The notes under the pieces were generated by a model, which was given only the letters and a program-made list of their open reading frames with translations, was not told the origin of the DNA and searched no databases. This document shows, piece by piece, positions 1 through 9,026 of a DNA stretch of 44,018 nt. Both the position numbers and the translations under genes were made by a program. Origin of the DNA: a virus (lineage: Duplodnaviria > Caudoviricetes); IMG/VR virus record IMGVR_UViG_3300048848_000270, positions 1 to 44,018 of that record, one strand, 5' to 3'. Each line of letters begins with the position of its first letter. Positions within the stretch are counted from its first letter, which is position 1.

Positions 1-1083
1 TCATTCTGCGGTTCCTGTAGCTTTCTTGGCTAACCCATCGCTCCGGTTAGCCAATTCCCACTCGATCAGACGGCGCATTGTGTCGCCCGCCAGACGCTCT
101 TGATCGACGCCGCGCGTGTACAGAGCGACCTCCGAATCGCCACTATGGCCTGTCACCGACTTGATGCCCTGGTTGCCCGCGCCGCTCAGCGCCATGCGTT
201 GGGTGATGGTCTTGCGGAGCCCGTGCGCTGTCCGATCGTGCAGCCCGGCTTCGTCACACCACTTCCGCATCCGCGCGCCAAAGCCTTTCACCGAGAACGG
301 CTTCCCGTATTCCGTGGTGATGAACGTCATGGCGCCGTTCGGGGGCATCGCGACGATCGCTTCGGCGAGGGGCGAGGCGATCTCCAGCACGATCGGCTTC
401 CCGGTCTTTTGCTGCCGGATATAGAATCGGCCATCCTTGATATGCTGCCGGCCTAGAGTGAGCGCGTCGGATTTGCGGTTTCCGGTCCACAGCATCAACT
501 CCAGCGCCAGCCGGGCCATCGTGCCGACAGGCCAGCGCGCTTGATAGGCGGCGACGTCGGCTTCGCTCCACGCGATCCAGCCCGCGTCCTTCTTCTGCTT
601 GATCTGGGCCGTATGCTCGACGGGGTTGTCCGCGCGCATCCGGCATTTGACCGCGAAGGCGAACAGCCGGCGTAGCATCTTACGGAGATTGCGCGCGGCC
701 GCGGGGAAGTCCTTCGCCTTGTCGGCAAGGATCGCGTCGATATGCTCGAATTGGATATTTGCGGCTAACTTATCGCCATGCTTGTCTCGAAAGCCCTCCA
801 GTAGCCCGCGCGCCTTCAGACGTGTCGCCGGGGCACCGGCCTGGAACTCCTGCCCGCGGTAATATCGGGCGATCAGGTCGTTGATTGAGCCGGGCTTGAC
901 GCGATCCGCGCCGACTTGCTCAACGCCTTCCAAGCAGCGCCGGTATTCCTCACGAAACGCCTCGGTCCCGAACGGCGCCTTGAAGTAATAGGTCGGGTGT
1001 CCGGTGCGACGATACCGCAGGCGCGGCTTCTTATGCCGGTCCCGGAACTCGCTCACCCACTGAGGAAGCAGGCGCTTCTTCAT
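1..1083 (-). CDS. int: Tyrosine recombinase / phage integrase
   Basis: Catalytic motifs TGNRKSD (R), QQKT (K), HGLR, GH and Y, plus an N-terminal arm-binding-like region. Confidence 0.95.
   Translation of the reverse strand: MKKRLLPQWVSEFRDRHKKPRLRYRRTGHPTYYFKAPFGTEAFREEYRRCLEGVEQVGADRVKPGSINDLIARYYRGQEFQAGAPATRLKARGLLEGFRDKHGDKLAANIQFEHIDAILADKAKDFPAAARNLRKMLRRLFAFAVKCRMRADNPVEHTAQIKQKKDAGWIAWSEADVAAYQARWPVGTMARLALELMLWTGNRKSDALTLGRQHIKDGRFYIRQQKTGKPIVLEIASPLAEAIVAMPPNGAMTFITTEYGKPFSVKGFGARMRKWCDEAGLHDRTAHGLRKTITQRMALSGAGNQGIKSVTGHSGDSEVALYTRGVDQERLAGDTMRRLIEWELANRSDGLAKKATGTAE
26..54. repeat. 10-bp inverted repeat, putative integrase arm-type binding sites
   Basis: TTGGCTAACC-N9-GGTTAGCCAA inside the 3' end of int, next to where att is expected. 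Function inferred. Confidence 0.5.
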
Positions 1084-1259
1084 CGCAAAACTTCATCCCA
1101 TTCGTTGGCGGCACTCGGCTTGGCAGCGTCGCGCTCGCCTAGAATGATGATCTTGCCCGTGTGGTCAATCTCGACACGGCCCACGCGCATCCCGGCGCCG
1201 GTCAGTGCCTTATAGGCCCTCGCCACGTCAGCCTGTTTGAAGCGCGCAGGTGCGGTCAC
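1080..1259 (-). CDS. Putative excisionase / recombination directionality factor (59 aa, not in ORF track)
   Basis: Manual translation MTAPARFKQADVARAYKALTGAGMRVGRVEIDHTGKIIIL...NEWDEVLR. 4-bp overlaps with int and with the upstream gene. Confidence 0.7.
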   Translation of the reverse strand: MTAPARFKQADVARAYKALTGAGMRVGRVEIDHTGKIIILGERDAAKPSAANEWDEVLR

Positions 1260-1603
1260 TGTCCGCTACTCCCCATTGATGCGATAGCGCGAAGAGATGC
1301 GGCAACGAGGCACAACGGAGCGGTGGAGGCGAGGAACGAGTTGATCTTGGTGTCGTCCTGCCAGCCGTGGAGCCATACCTCCGCAGACGCGCCGTCATCC
1401 CCGTAGCCGGATGCAGACCAGTCCCACCCTTCGGGCACTAGCGTCGCCGCGGCGTCGAGCGAGGCGGTATAGGGCGGACAGGCGTGCAAACCGTATATCA
1501 GCCCAGGCTTGTCCCGAACGATGCGTTGGGTTGCAATATCCAACTCCCGATCCGGACCTGTCGCCGCCTCTACGCGGTCTGCGAGTTCAAGGAGGGGGTT
1601 CAT
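1256..1603 (-). CDS. Phage hypothetical protein (ABA-sandwich-like)
   Basis: YTASLDAAATLVPEGW...TAPLCLVAA motif is typical of phage early-region proteins. Coupled to the xis candidate. Confidence 0.7.
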   Translation of the reverse strand: MNPLLELADRVEAATGPDRELDIATQRIVRDKPGLIYGLHACPPYTASLDAAATLVPEGWDWSASGYGDDGASAEVWLHGWQDDTKINSFLASTAPLCLVAASLRAIASMGSSGQ

Positions 1604-1726
1604 GCTCTCGCTCCAATCTGCGGGCTGTGACGAATTTCCTCACCAGTGCAGCGGCGACGGCGTTCTGCGATCACGCGGGATACGTGTTCACGATCAGCGC
1701 GGACGACGTGTCCGGTGGACTTCTGG

Positions 1727-2242
1727 CTAATTACCTGAAGCATCGGGGCCTCCTAACGCTGCCTCGACGCCAGACATCATCCGGCCGCCCGCGATCACCA
1801 TGCTAGGCGCCCATCCGCCTTTACAGATCGGAAGCCACTGCTCGTAGGTCGCTTTGCTGCTTCCGAACGAACTTGCCCCATTGTTGGCAAGCCAACGGGC
1901 TAGATCCTCTGGGGTTTCGAACGCGGGCGAGATTGGCGTGCCTTCGGAGGTGTCTTCATACATCATAAGATGAGTGCGCTCGCTCTCCGGCCAGTCGGGC
2001 ATGTAATCGCCAGAGTATGGTCGTTTCCCGGCCCACTGATCATACGGCAAATCGGCAGCTTCATCCGACGTGTACGACGGACGGTTCCCTGCTTCCCATT
2101 CGATACGATCACGATCCCATTCTGCGGCCTCTGGTGCCCACGCACGGCCATACAACGGCTTGTAAGCTTCCTCATGCCGGTAAGCGTTGTATTCCTTGGG
2201 ATGCTGCCAGTCGGCGGGCACCCGGCGAACTTCTCGTCCCAT
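1727..2242 (-). CDS. Phage hypothetical protein
   Basis: 171-aa ORF in operon orientation with protein-like composition. Confidence 0.8.
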   Translation of the reverse strand: MGREVRRVPADWQHPKEYNAYRHEEAYKPLYGRAWAPEAAEWDRDRIEWEAGNRPSYTSDEAADLPYDQWAGKRPYSGDYMPDWPESERTHLMMYEDTSEGTPISPAFETPEDLARWLANNGASSFGSSKATYEQWLPICKGGWAPSMVIAGGRMMSGVEAALGGPDASGN

Positions 2243-2314
2243 CTTTCTTCATCCAGTATGCGGGCCAGCCCGTAAGCTGACCCGACTAGCGGCGCGGGAG
2301 TGCGCTGCTTGGAA

Positions 2315-2713
2315 CTATGCTGCGTGCGCGATCGGTCCCGACCACTGCACGCCGTGTTTCGCGCCGAACGCGTAGATCAGTTCGACCAGCCCGGAGAATT
2401 GCTCCACGGTCAGCGTCGATGACTTCATCCCGACCGGGAACATGCCCTGACCTTCCAGTTCAGGAAGGAAGCGCATTTCGGTGCCGAGTGAGTTCATGAA
2501 GCGGTGTTTGATGTCCTCGGTGCTAAACACGTCGAACCCCGGCACCTGCTTCTGAATGTCGGCGAGCATCGGCCAAAGCTTGCGGTTCTGAGCGTCCCGG
2601 CGCGTTTCGGCCGCGACCTTGACCACGTAACCGACCGGGGCGTTGTCGATCACTCGCTTGGCGTATGCGCGCTGTGTGTCACCCACCAGGCGGACGGTTT
2701 CGGCTTTAGACAT
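2315..2713 (-). CDS. ninB: NinB/Orf family recombination protein
   Basis: RRDAQNRKLWPMLADI and SSTLTVEQFSGLVELIYAFGA motifs. Start reassigned to ATG 2713 (MSKAETV). Confidence 0.85.
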   Translation of the reverse strand: MSKAETVRLVGDTQRAYAKRVIDNAPVGYVVKVAAETRRDAQNRKLWPMLADIQKQVPGFDVFSTEDIKHRFMNSLGTEMRFLPELEGQGMFPVGMKSSTLTVEQFSGLVELIYAFGAKHGVQWSGPIAHAA

Positions 2714-3086
2714 TTGCCTTCTCCCATGCCCGGCCCATCGTGGTGCCGAGCCATTCGGTCCAATAGGCGGTGACCACATCGCGACCGTCGAACCCGTATT
2801 TGCTCTGGAACTTCGGCCACCCCAGAATGTCACCCTGTTCTTCATGCGCTCCGTCACACATCGGCATCGACGCTTGGTCGCTGACCTTCGTCCCCATTCC
2901 CTTGTTGCCGTAGGGGTCGAAGTGGCAGGCACGGACCTTGCCGAAGCATTCATGCCGAACGCCGTGGATGGTCGTGAGAAAGCACGGGCGACCGCGCAGC
3001 CATTTGAGAAACGGCGGGCAACGCTTCCATGCATCTGCGCGATGGCTGTTCTGCTTCCGAGGCCTGAAGGCTGCGCGGGCAACCAT
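2706..3086 (-). CDS. DUF968/Ref-like HNH-type putative nuclease
   Basis: FLKWLRGRPC...ACH...KGMGTKVSD...PMCDGAHEEQ pattern. Confidence 0.65.
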   Translation of the reverse strand: MVARAAFRPRKQNSHRADAWKRCPPFLKWLRGRPCFLTTIHGVRHECFGKVRACHFDPYGNKGMGTKVSDQASMPMCDGAHEEQGDILGWPKFQSKYGFDGRDVVTAYWTEWLGTTMGRAWEKANV

Positions 3087-3538
3087 CAGTAGGGACCGTC
3101 GTCTACATCGCCGCCAAAGCCGCTGGACGCGCCGCCTGAGCCGCCTCCGAAGCCGCTACCGGCCTGCGATCCGCCCGCGCCACCATTCGGGCCGTCGAGC
3201 ATGGTCAGGACGCTGTTGAAGCCCTGGAGCGTGACTTCGGTCGAATACCGGTCCGCGCCGGTTGCGTCCTGCCATTTACGGGTTGTCAGCGCGCCTTCGA
3301 TATAGACCTTGCTGCCCTTGCGCAGATAGCGCTCGGCGACGGTGGCGAGACCTTCGTTGAACACCTTCACGGTGTGCCACTCGGTCTTCTCCTTGCGTTC
3401 GCCGGTCGCCTTATCCTTCCAGCTTTCGGAAGTGGCGAGGCGAAGTTCGACCACCTTGCCGCCATTTTGGAAGGACTTGCTTTCAGGATCGCGGCCGAGA
3501 TTGCCGACCAAAATCACCTTGTTAACGCTACCGGACAT
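3086..3538 (-). CDS. ssb: Single-stranded DNA-binding protein
   Basis: [20 protein letters not shown] and KGSKVYIEG motifs; Gly-rich acidic tail DDGPY. Start at ATG 3538. Confidence 0.97.
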   Translation of the reverse strand: MSGSVNKVILVGNLGRDPESKSFQNGGKVVELRLATSESWKDKATGERKEKTEWHTVKVFNEGLATVAERYLRKGSKVYIEGALTTRKWQDATGADRYSTEVTLQGFNSVLTMLDGPNGGAGGSQAGSGFGGGSGGASSGFGGDVDDGPY

Positions 3539-4233
3539 TAGAATGCTTCCTTCTTGGTTTCGACTTTGACGCCTTCGATCTGGCGCAGCTTGAAATTCCG
3601 GCGGACGTACTCTTCGATGAAAGCCGTCATCGCATCGCGGTCGTTGCGGGCGATCCAGTTGAGCGCGTCTTTGTGGCTTTCGATCTCGTAGACCTGCACG
3701 GTGCGCATTCCCGCGACGGTATCCTTCGCGGCGCGAGCCACGACTTTCGCGGCCTTGCCTGCCTCTTTCATCAGGTCGTCGGCGTTCCGCTGTTCTTCGA
3801 TATTCGCGGCACTGGCGGCGATGTGAGCCTGCCGTGCCGCTTCCGCCTTGGCAGCGGCCTCCGCTTCGGCAACGCGTCGCGCTTCCTCTTTCTCGGCAGC
3901 AAGGCGTGTCTTGTACGGGGCTTGCGCCGCGACGAGGCATTTCACCTGCCGGTCAAGGTCGTCCTGGGTAGGCTTCCACCGTGCGACTTCGGACTTCCAC
4001 ACCTCATGAAGCGGCTTGGTCGCTTCGTCCCGAGCGGTGTCGACGGCCTTTCGCGCGGCCTTCAGCTCCTTCAGCAGGTCGTCGGTAGCCTTGAGTTGCC
4101 CGTCATTCTCGACAGTCGCCCCATCCAGCCAGTTGCCGACTTCCTCCAGAATGCCAGCGTAAGGCTCAAGAGCGAGGTCGATCGGATCCGGCGGGAAGTT
4201 GCCGCCAATCACGGCGCGTGCGTTCGTTGCCAT
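3538..4233 (-). CDS. Coiled-coil phage protein between erf and ssb
   Basis: Ala/Glu/Lys-rich helical 231-aa ORF, translationally coupled to ssb. Confidence 0.8.
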   Translation of the reverse strand: MATNARAVIGGNFPPDPIDLALEPYAGILEEVGNWLDGATVENDGQLKATDDLLKELKAARKAVDTARDEATKPLHEVWKSEVARWKPTQDDLDRQVKCLVAAQAPYKTRLAAEKEEARRVAEAEAAAKAEAARQAHIAASAANIEEQRNADDLMKEAGKAAKVVARAAKDTVAGMRTVQVYEIESHKDALNWIARNDRDAMTAFIEEYVRRNFKLRQIEGVKVETKKEAF

Positions 4234-4244
4234 CGTCGCGGCTC

Positions 4245-4922
4245 CTAGTAGGGAATTTCGTCGTCAAGCATCGCAGCGGCCGGGGCGTCCGTAGCCGTCC
4301 CCAACTGGCGAACCGGCTGCTTCGCGATCCACGCCTTGCACTCCTCGAAGAACGCGGCGGGCATCTCGGGGATCGAAGGAATATTGCCCTTCCGACACAA
4401 CGTCTTGGCGTCGATGTTCTTAGCGGTCGCGAGCTGCATGATCTCTTGGCGCTGCGCATCGGTGATGTGCTGCACCTTGGCGAGGTTTTCGACGGTTTCT
4501 ACAGAGGCACGCCTTGCGGGGGCTGGCGCGCTGGCAGCATTGCCGTCGTCATCCTCAGGGCACACGCCCACGACCGAGGCGAGCGCATAGCGGCGAGCAT
4601 ACGTCACCGCGGAACCGTAGCCCTGCGCGTCTACCTTGCTGAGCGGGATGGAGAGAGGCGCCCGCATCCACTCGCCGCTTTCATGGCAAAGCTGCGTGGT
4701 GAGCGTCATCCGCCCGTCGATCATCTCCCCGGGGAACTGGAGGACCGACATACCGTTCGCGACCAACTGTTCGCGGCAGGCTTCCCATACGCTGCGCAGA
4801 TCGGCGTACTTCGTCCCCTTAAAAGCGGGGTTCGCCTTGCCCTTGACTGCGCCTTCAACGGACGCCTGCACCTTGGACATGGCAGCGGCGAGCGCGGTGA
4901 TGCTTTCGCTCTGTTCGATCAT
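4245..4922 (-). CDS. erf: ERF family single-strand annealing recombinase
   Basis: NPAFKGTKYADL and QGYGSAVTYARRYAL...EDDDG ERF signature; acidic DDEIPY tail. Start ATG 4922. Confidence 0.92.
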   Translation of the reverse strand: MIEQSESITALAAAMSKVQASVEGAVKGKANPAFKGTKYADLRSVWEACREQLVANGMSVLQFPGEMIDGRMTLTTQLCHESGEWMRAPLSIPLSKVDAQGYGSAVTYARRYALASVVGVCPEDDDGNAASAPAPARRASVETVENLAKVQHITDAQRQEIMQLATAKNIDAKTLCRKGNIPSIPEMPAAFFEECKAWIAKQPVRQLGTATDAPAAAMLDDEIPY

Positions 4923-5284
4923 CAGAAAATCTCCATAAGCAGGTCGTCGGAATCGGCGCGCTCGTACTCGCCGTCGATTTCTTCGGGGAAAAAACAGTCG
5001 ATCTTTCGACCGCGACACTCAGCCTTGTGGCACCACCCGAAACCGCCTGTCTTCGTGATGCCGATAGCTTCGAGCGCATCGAACAAGCCGGTGATGTCGA
5101 TCACATCAACTTGCCGGATGCGATAGAACAGGAGGTCGCAATCCTTGCGGGGGCCATTCTTGTAGAGAAGCCCGCCAGTCAGAGCGACGTGGCACCCGTA
5201 GGCCGGGCAGATGGCTTCGATCTGGCGGCATAGTTCGATGGCGTCGGCCTGTTGCCACGCCGTGATGTTCGCTTGCGCGTTCAT
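4922..5284 (-). CDS. Minimal Pol-beta-fold nucleotidyltransferase-like protein
   Basis: ALTGG-x9-DCD motif plus a third Asp in KIDCFF. Confidence 0.65.
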   Translation of the reverse strand: MNAQANITAWQQADAIELCRQIEAICPAYGCHVALTGGLLYKNGPRKDCDLLFYRIRQVDVIDITGLFDALEAIGITKTGGFGWCHKAECRGRKIDCFFPEEIDGEYERADSDDLLMEIF

Positions 5285-5511
5285 TTCGTATCTCCGAGTT
5301 GCGATAGCGATGGTCGCCGAATGGCCGAGACGGGCACCGGCTCGGGGCGTAGCCCGACAAGCGCGGGCGCGGAGCGCATCGCCGGAACATCCCTGCCCAG
5401 CGCCGCATCAACAGCCTCAGGCTTAACCCAAGCAGCCAAGAGCAGAGTGAGGGCTATGCCGGTCGCAAGAGCAGCCAGGCACCAGAGCCCATCCTTACTT
5501 ACTTCAACCAT
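5281..5511 (-). CDS. Small membrane protein
   Basis: One hydrophobic segment; overlaps neighbouring genes. Confidence 0.55.
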   Translation of the reverse strand: MVEVSKDGLWCLAALATGIALTLLLAAWVKPEAVDAALGRDVPAMRSAPALVGLRPEPVPVSAIRRPSLSQLGDTK

Positions 5512-5776
5512 GAGGGTTTCCTTCGGGGGAGAGGGTCATCTCCAGCGCCATGATCTCGGCGGCTTCGTTCGCATCACGGAAAGCCAGTGCGCGGTCGCGG
5601 GCAGCGTCGAACACGGCGTGCGACTGGTGGGCGTGGTTCTGTGCGCAGCAGTCAGGGCAACGATCCCAGACCTCAGGCGGGGTGTAGAACCACGTCCGGT
5701 CACGAACTAAGCGCGGTCCTGCGAACACGACGGGCTTGGTCGCCTCCAACATGCGGGCTTGGCGGGAGAGGCTCAC
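5504..5776 (-). CDS. Hypothetical protein with CxxC
   Basis: Coupled ORF with CPDCC and His cluster. Confidence 0.6.
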   Translation of the reverse strand: MSLSRQARMLEATKPVVFAGPRLVRDRTWFYTPPEVWDRCPDCCAQNHAHQSHAVFDAARDRALAFRDANEAAEIMALEMTLSPEGNPHG

Positions 5777-5943
5777 TTGCCGGTTGCCTTGGCAATGGCG
5801 GCGCGTGACTTGGCTATAGCTGGGTCATTGATGCCAATAATAAACCACACCCTGTCATCTAAGGCTTCTAGGGCCTCCAATAAATCTGGTGCGGCATTGC
5901 GAACCTGCTCATATGCAACTTCATGGTCGTATAGCTTGCTCAT
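5773..5943 (-). CDS. Phage hypothetical protein (AAPDLL...RAAIAKA module)
   Basis: Common phage module shared with 43129..43464; ATGA overlaps. Confidence 0.7.
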   Translation of the reverse strand: MSKLYDHEVAYEQVRNAAPDLLEALEALDDRVWFIIGINDPAIAKSRAAIAKATGK

Positions 5944-6242
5944 GATTGCACCTGCGCGGCCTGACATACGGCGGGGTCGTGATAGATCGGCTCATCGACC
6001 TGCCCGCAGGCGATGCAGTAGCAGGCGTCAAGGTGATCAATGCCCGTGCGACCGAAATTGCTAAGCTGGTCGGCTAGGTCGAACGCGTCATCGATCAGCG
6101 ACTGATCAGCGGCGTCGTCCGGCGCGGCCTGCATCCCAAGCGAGAGCGCGAACCCAACGAGGCTAGCAAGGTCCCGAGACACGCTGATCTCGATGTCGTC
6201 GGACTGAGCGTCCGCGAGAGCGATGGGGTCAAAGTCACTCAC
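5940..6242 (-). CDS. Hypothetical protein
   Basis: Coupled ORF with C-terminal CIACG...H...C motif. Confidence 0.65.
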   Translation of the reverse strand: MSDFDPIALADAQSDDIEISVSRDLASLVGFALSLGMQAAPDDAADQSLIDDAFDLADQLSNFGRTGIDHLDACYCIACGQVDEPIYHDPAVCQAAQVQS

Positions 6243-6595
6243 TGTACGTCACCCTGCGGTGCCAGCGTTGCGATCTCGGAGGCGGTTTCGTACAGCTCGT
6301 CGCAGGACGTGAGGTCGTGCATGGCGTTGTACAGCGCATGCCCCTCCCACGAATAATGCAGGTCGAAATCGCGGCGCGTCAGGGCGGCGTCGATCGCGCG
6401 GTTAGCCGCTTCCTTGACCGCGGTTAGTTCGGCGATCGTCTGGAGCTTCTTGGCGCGGCGCTCGATAGCCTGCTTGGCGAGAAACAGCTCGGCCTCAGTC
6501 GGCGTCGGTTCCTGCGACAGCGCAGAGTTAGCGCGGTGGCGAATGTACATCTGCGTTACGGCGATGTCTTCGCGGGTTGCGGGGGAGGATGTCAT
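6239..6595 (-). CDS. Hypothetical protein
   Basis: Coupled ORF in the PL operon. Confidence 0.65.
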   Translation of the reverse strand: MTSSPATREDIAVTQMYIRHRANSALSQEPTPTEAELFLAKQAIERRAKKLQTIAELTAVKEAANRAIDAALTRRDFDLHYSWEGHALYNAMHDLTSCDELYETASEIATLAPQGDVQ

Positions 6596-6780
6596 GCTGC
6601 CGGCCCCCGCAGAATGGCGGAGATCTTCATGGCATCCTTGAACGAGCTGACGACGCTATCGAGCGACCAGCCGTCCTTAAACTGTTTGAGCGCGACTTTT
6701 GCGAGCTCACTATCGACCACAACAAGTTCGCCAAGGAACTGCGCTTCTGCGGGTGTGGGCTTGTAGGCGGGGTGCGCCAT
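6592..6780 (-). CDS. First gene of the leftward early operon, hypothetical
   Basis: Strong RBS (AAGGAG) just downstream of the PL/OL region. Confidence 0.7.
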   Translation of the reverse strand: MAHPAYKPTPAEAQFLGELVVVDSELAKVALKQFKDGWSLDSVVSSFKDAMKISAILRGPAA

Positions 6781-6810
6781 CTTCGTCTCCTTGCCTTGAT
6801 CGGCTTGGAG

Positions 6811-6866
6811 ACGTTGTGTAGGAATCCTCCTACGCCGTCAATACGATTAGTGGGAAATGTCCTACT
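6811..6866 (-). promoter_or_regulatory. PL promoter with two 18-bp operators (6817-6834, 6849-6866)
   Basis: TGTAGGAATCCTCCTACG and AGTGGGAAATGTCCTACT match the OR consensus TGTAGGA-N4-TCCTACA. -35 TTGACG lies between them on the minus strand. Confidence 0.8.
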
Positions 6867-8006
6867 TTATTTTCGAACGGCTTTTTCCACTCCTAGAATC
6901 TTCCGTCGCGCCCACGCATTCGCAGGCGCTTCGATCAGTTCGTATGAAACCGCCGCAACGACTATCACCGTCACCAACATGAGGGCGGAGAGTGTGTCGC
7001 CGATAATGGGGTCGGCGCCGGCAACTTGCTCGCCGTTGACCTTGCGAACTAGATCCGTCGCCCCGAACCGCCGTTGTGCCAGTTCAAGGACGTTGTACGC
7101 GCGGTACACGATGAACAGGTGGACCATGTATATCGAGAAAGAGATTTTCCCGAGGAACAGCGGCCCGCGTGTCAGCAAGGCGCGACTGACCAAGCCGCCC
7201 TGCTGCGCGAATACGAGGATGGTGACCGCAAACACCAAGGGGACGGCAACCGAAAGCGGCGTTGCCCCGGCGATAGAAACTGCGGCGATCGTCGCGAGGA
7301 CGACGGTGACCTCCGTAACCGTGGCGAGACCTACTTGTCGTATCCGCGGTATCCAAGGGAAGGCGTAGAAGCACAGCACGCCTATGGAGAACCCTAGCAG
7401 GCACCTCGCTAGCGCACCGTCGTGGAACACGTTCAGATAACGATCGGTAAGGAGTAGGAGATAGACGGCGCACGCAGTCGCGATCAGGGCAGCCACGGGG
7501 ACTAGATAGCGCCCCAGAAAGCTAAAACCGACCGCGAACACAAGGTAGGCCCATACCTCGACGGCAATGCTCCAGGCTGGTCCGTTCCACGATGTGCCGT
7601 CCGGCCCCACAAACGTCTGCACAAGGCCGATGTTGGCGACAAGCAAGCCCGGGCTGTAATCCCCGCTAAATGGCACGTGGTTCCCGGCCTGCGGTATCTG
7701 CGTGGTCGCCAGCTCGAATAGAACGAACACCGCCAGTACGACGAGATGCAGTGGGTACACACGACCTAAGCGCAACAGCATGAAGCGGCCGATCGGGAAT
7801 CCCCCCGCCAGCTTGTTCCCGTAGCTGGAGGCGATCACGAAACCGCTCAGCACGAAGAAGAAGTCCACGAACAGGAAGGCATTGTGGATAAGCGGGAGGC
7901 TGCTGATCAGGCCAGTTGTGCGGAAGTGATAGACGACGATCATGCAGGCGCAAACGCCGCGCAGGCTGTCTAGGGCACCAAAACGGTGCTTAGTGTTGGC
8001 CTCCAC
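6867..8006 (-). CDS. Acyltransferase-3 family membrane O-acyltransferase (lysogenic conversion)
   Basis: LDSLRG, VDFFFVLSGF, RLGRVYP, WSIAVE, LGKISFSIYMVH and SYELIE motifs; multiple TM helices; 10 bp downstream of cI. Confidence 0.93.
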   Translation of the reverse strand: MEANTKHRFGALDSLRGVCACMIVVYHFRTTGLISSLPLIHNAFLFVDFFFVLSGFVIASSYGNKLAGGFPIGRFMLLRLGRVYPLHLVVLAVFVLFELATTQIPQAGNHVPFSGDYSPGLLVANIGLVQTFVGPDGTSWNGPAWSIAVEVWAYLVFAVGFSFLGRYLVPVAALIATACAVYLLLLTDRYLNVFHDGALARCLLGFSIGVLCFYAFPWIPRIRQVGLATVTEVTVVLATIAAVSIAGATPLSVAVPLVFAVTILVFAQQGGLVSRALLTRGPLFLGKISFSIYMVHLFIVYRAYNVLELAQRRFGATDLVRKVNGEQVAGADPIIGDTLSALMLVTVIVVAAVSYELIEAPANAWARRKILGVEKAVRK

Positions 8007-8015
8007 GATTTTTCC

Positions 8016-8711
8016 TTAGAACCGGCGACCGACCCATATTACCCGGCCGACAATTACCAAATCGTCAGCATCAACTGTGCGATTATCGATCAGATGGTTA
8101 TCCGAAACGATCTCGACCCGCCCCTCGCCGACCATCCTAAGACGCTTTATCATGCCAGCGCCGTACATGCCGCACGCCCATATGCGGTCCTGTTGGTTCA
8201 CGATCTTTTGCGAAGTATCGACAAGGATCATGTCCTGGTTGACTAACGTCGGCGACATGCTGTCGCCATCGCCCCGGACCACGATAAGCCGGTCGGATGC
8301 CGCTCTTGAGATCGACCGCAGGAAGTTTGAGTCGAAAAGCTGGGTAGTCTCTTCCGGGTAATCCTCGATGTTGATCCCGTCACCCATAGAATATGACAGG
8401 TCAACGACCTTGATTGGAACTCCACCGTCCCCGTCGCTCGCTCCAACGGTGCGGGGCTGGTCTGGCTCTAAATTAGGATTGTCAGTCTCACCCGTCAGAT
8501 ACCCCACGGATACGTTCAGAACGTCGGCGATGTGACGCAGCGTTGCCCCTGAGGGGCTTTTCGCTTTGCCACGGCCGATGTCGAACAGCACCTTTCCAGA
8601 TGAACCAGTTCGCGCCTGAATCAGCATGTCGAGCGCATTGCGGGACTTCCCGCTCGCTGCGATCGCCTGCTCGACCTTAATCTGGAGCGGGGTGAGTTTC
8701 TTCGATTCCAT
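8016..8711 (-). CDS. cI: CI-like repressor (HTH + S24 peptidase)
   Basis: HTH region, GDSMSP catalytic Ser, IKRL Lys, IVGRVIW end. Start 8711 or 8729. Confidence 0.93.
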   Translation of the reverse strand: MESKKLTPLQIKVEQAIAASGKSRNALDMLIQARTGSSGKVLFDIGRGKAKSPSGATLRHIADVLNVSVGYLTGETDNPNLEPDQPRTVGASDGDGGVPIKVVDLSYSMGDGINIEDYPEETTQLFDSNFLRSISRAASDRLIVVRGDGDSMSPTLVNQDMILVDTSQKIVNQQDRIWACGMYGAGMIKRLRMVGEGRVEIVSDNHLIDNRTVDADDLVIVGRVIWVGRRF

Positions 8712-8810
8712 GTGGGACGCTTCCCACATTTCGCAATCAGGCGTAATACTAGGACTGTTCCTACACAATTCGCTTGACCGTAGGACGGTTCCTACATAAC
8801 TATCCTCGTC
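8710..8810. promoter_or_regulatory. OR region: three 18-bp operators (8711-8728, 8748-8765, 8779-8796) and PR
   Basis: TGTGGGACGCTTCCCACA, ACTAGGACTGTTCCTACA and CGTAGGACGGTTCCTACA. PR is TTGACC-N17-TAACTA with the operator filling the spacer. Confidence 0.85.
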
Positions 8811-9023
8811 ATGGAAACAGATACGCTCCCGCTCGCCGACGCTATTGCGGTTTTCGTAGAAGCTCACGGCATGTCATCGGTAACGTTTGGTCGGCAAGCG
8901 ATGAATGATCCGCACTTTGTGCGCGATATCAATGCCGGACGGAGGGTGTGGCCGGAAACTGACCAACGGGCACGGGCTTTTATGGCGTCGTATGTCCCGG
9001 TCGCGACGCAGGCCGCGGCCTGA
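8811..9023 (+). CDS. cro: Cro-like HTH protein
   Basis: Divergent from cI; FVEAHGMSSVTFGRQAMNDPHFVRDINAGR is an alphaproteobacterial Cro-like pattern. Confidence 0.85.
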   Translation: METDTLPLADAIAVFVEAHGMSSVTFGRQAMNDPHFVRDINAGRRVWPETDQRARAFMASYVPVATQAAA

Positions 9024-9026
9024 TGC

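Noticed and set aside
1600-1743. Possible 47-aa minus-strand ORF (MLQVISQK...)
   Set aside because: It fills a gap but has no RBS or motif support.
8375-8400. CI has Met-Gly (YSMGDG) where an Ala-Gly cleavage site is usual
   Set aside because: The catalytic Ser and Lys are intact and such variants occur, so this is not evidence of non-inducibility.
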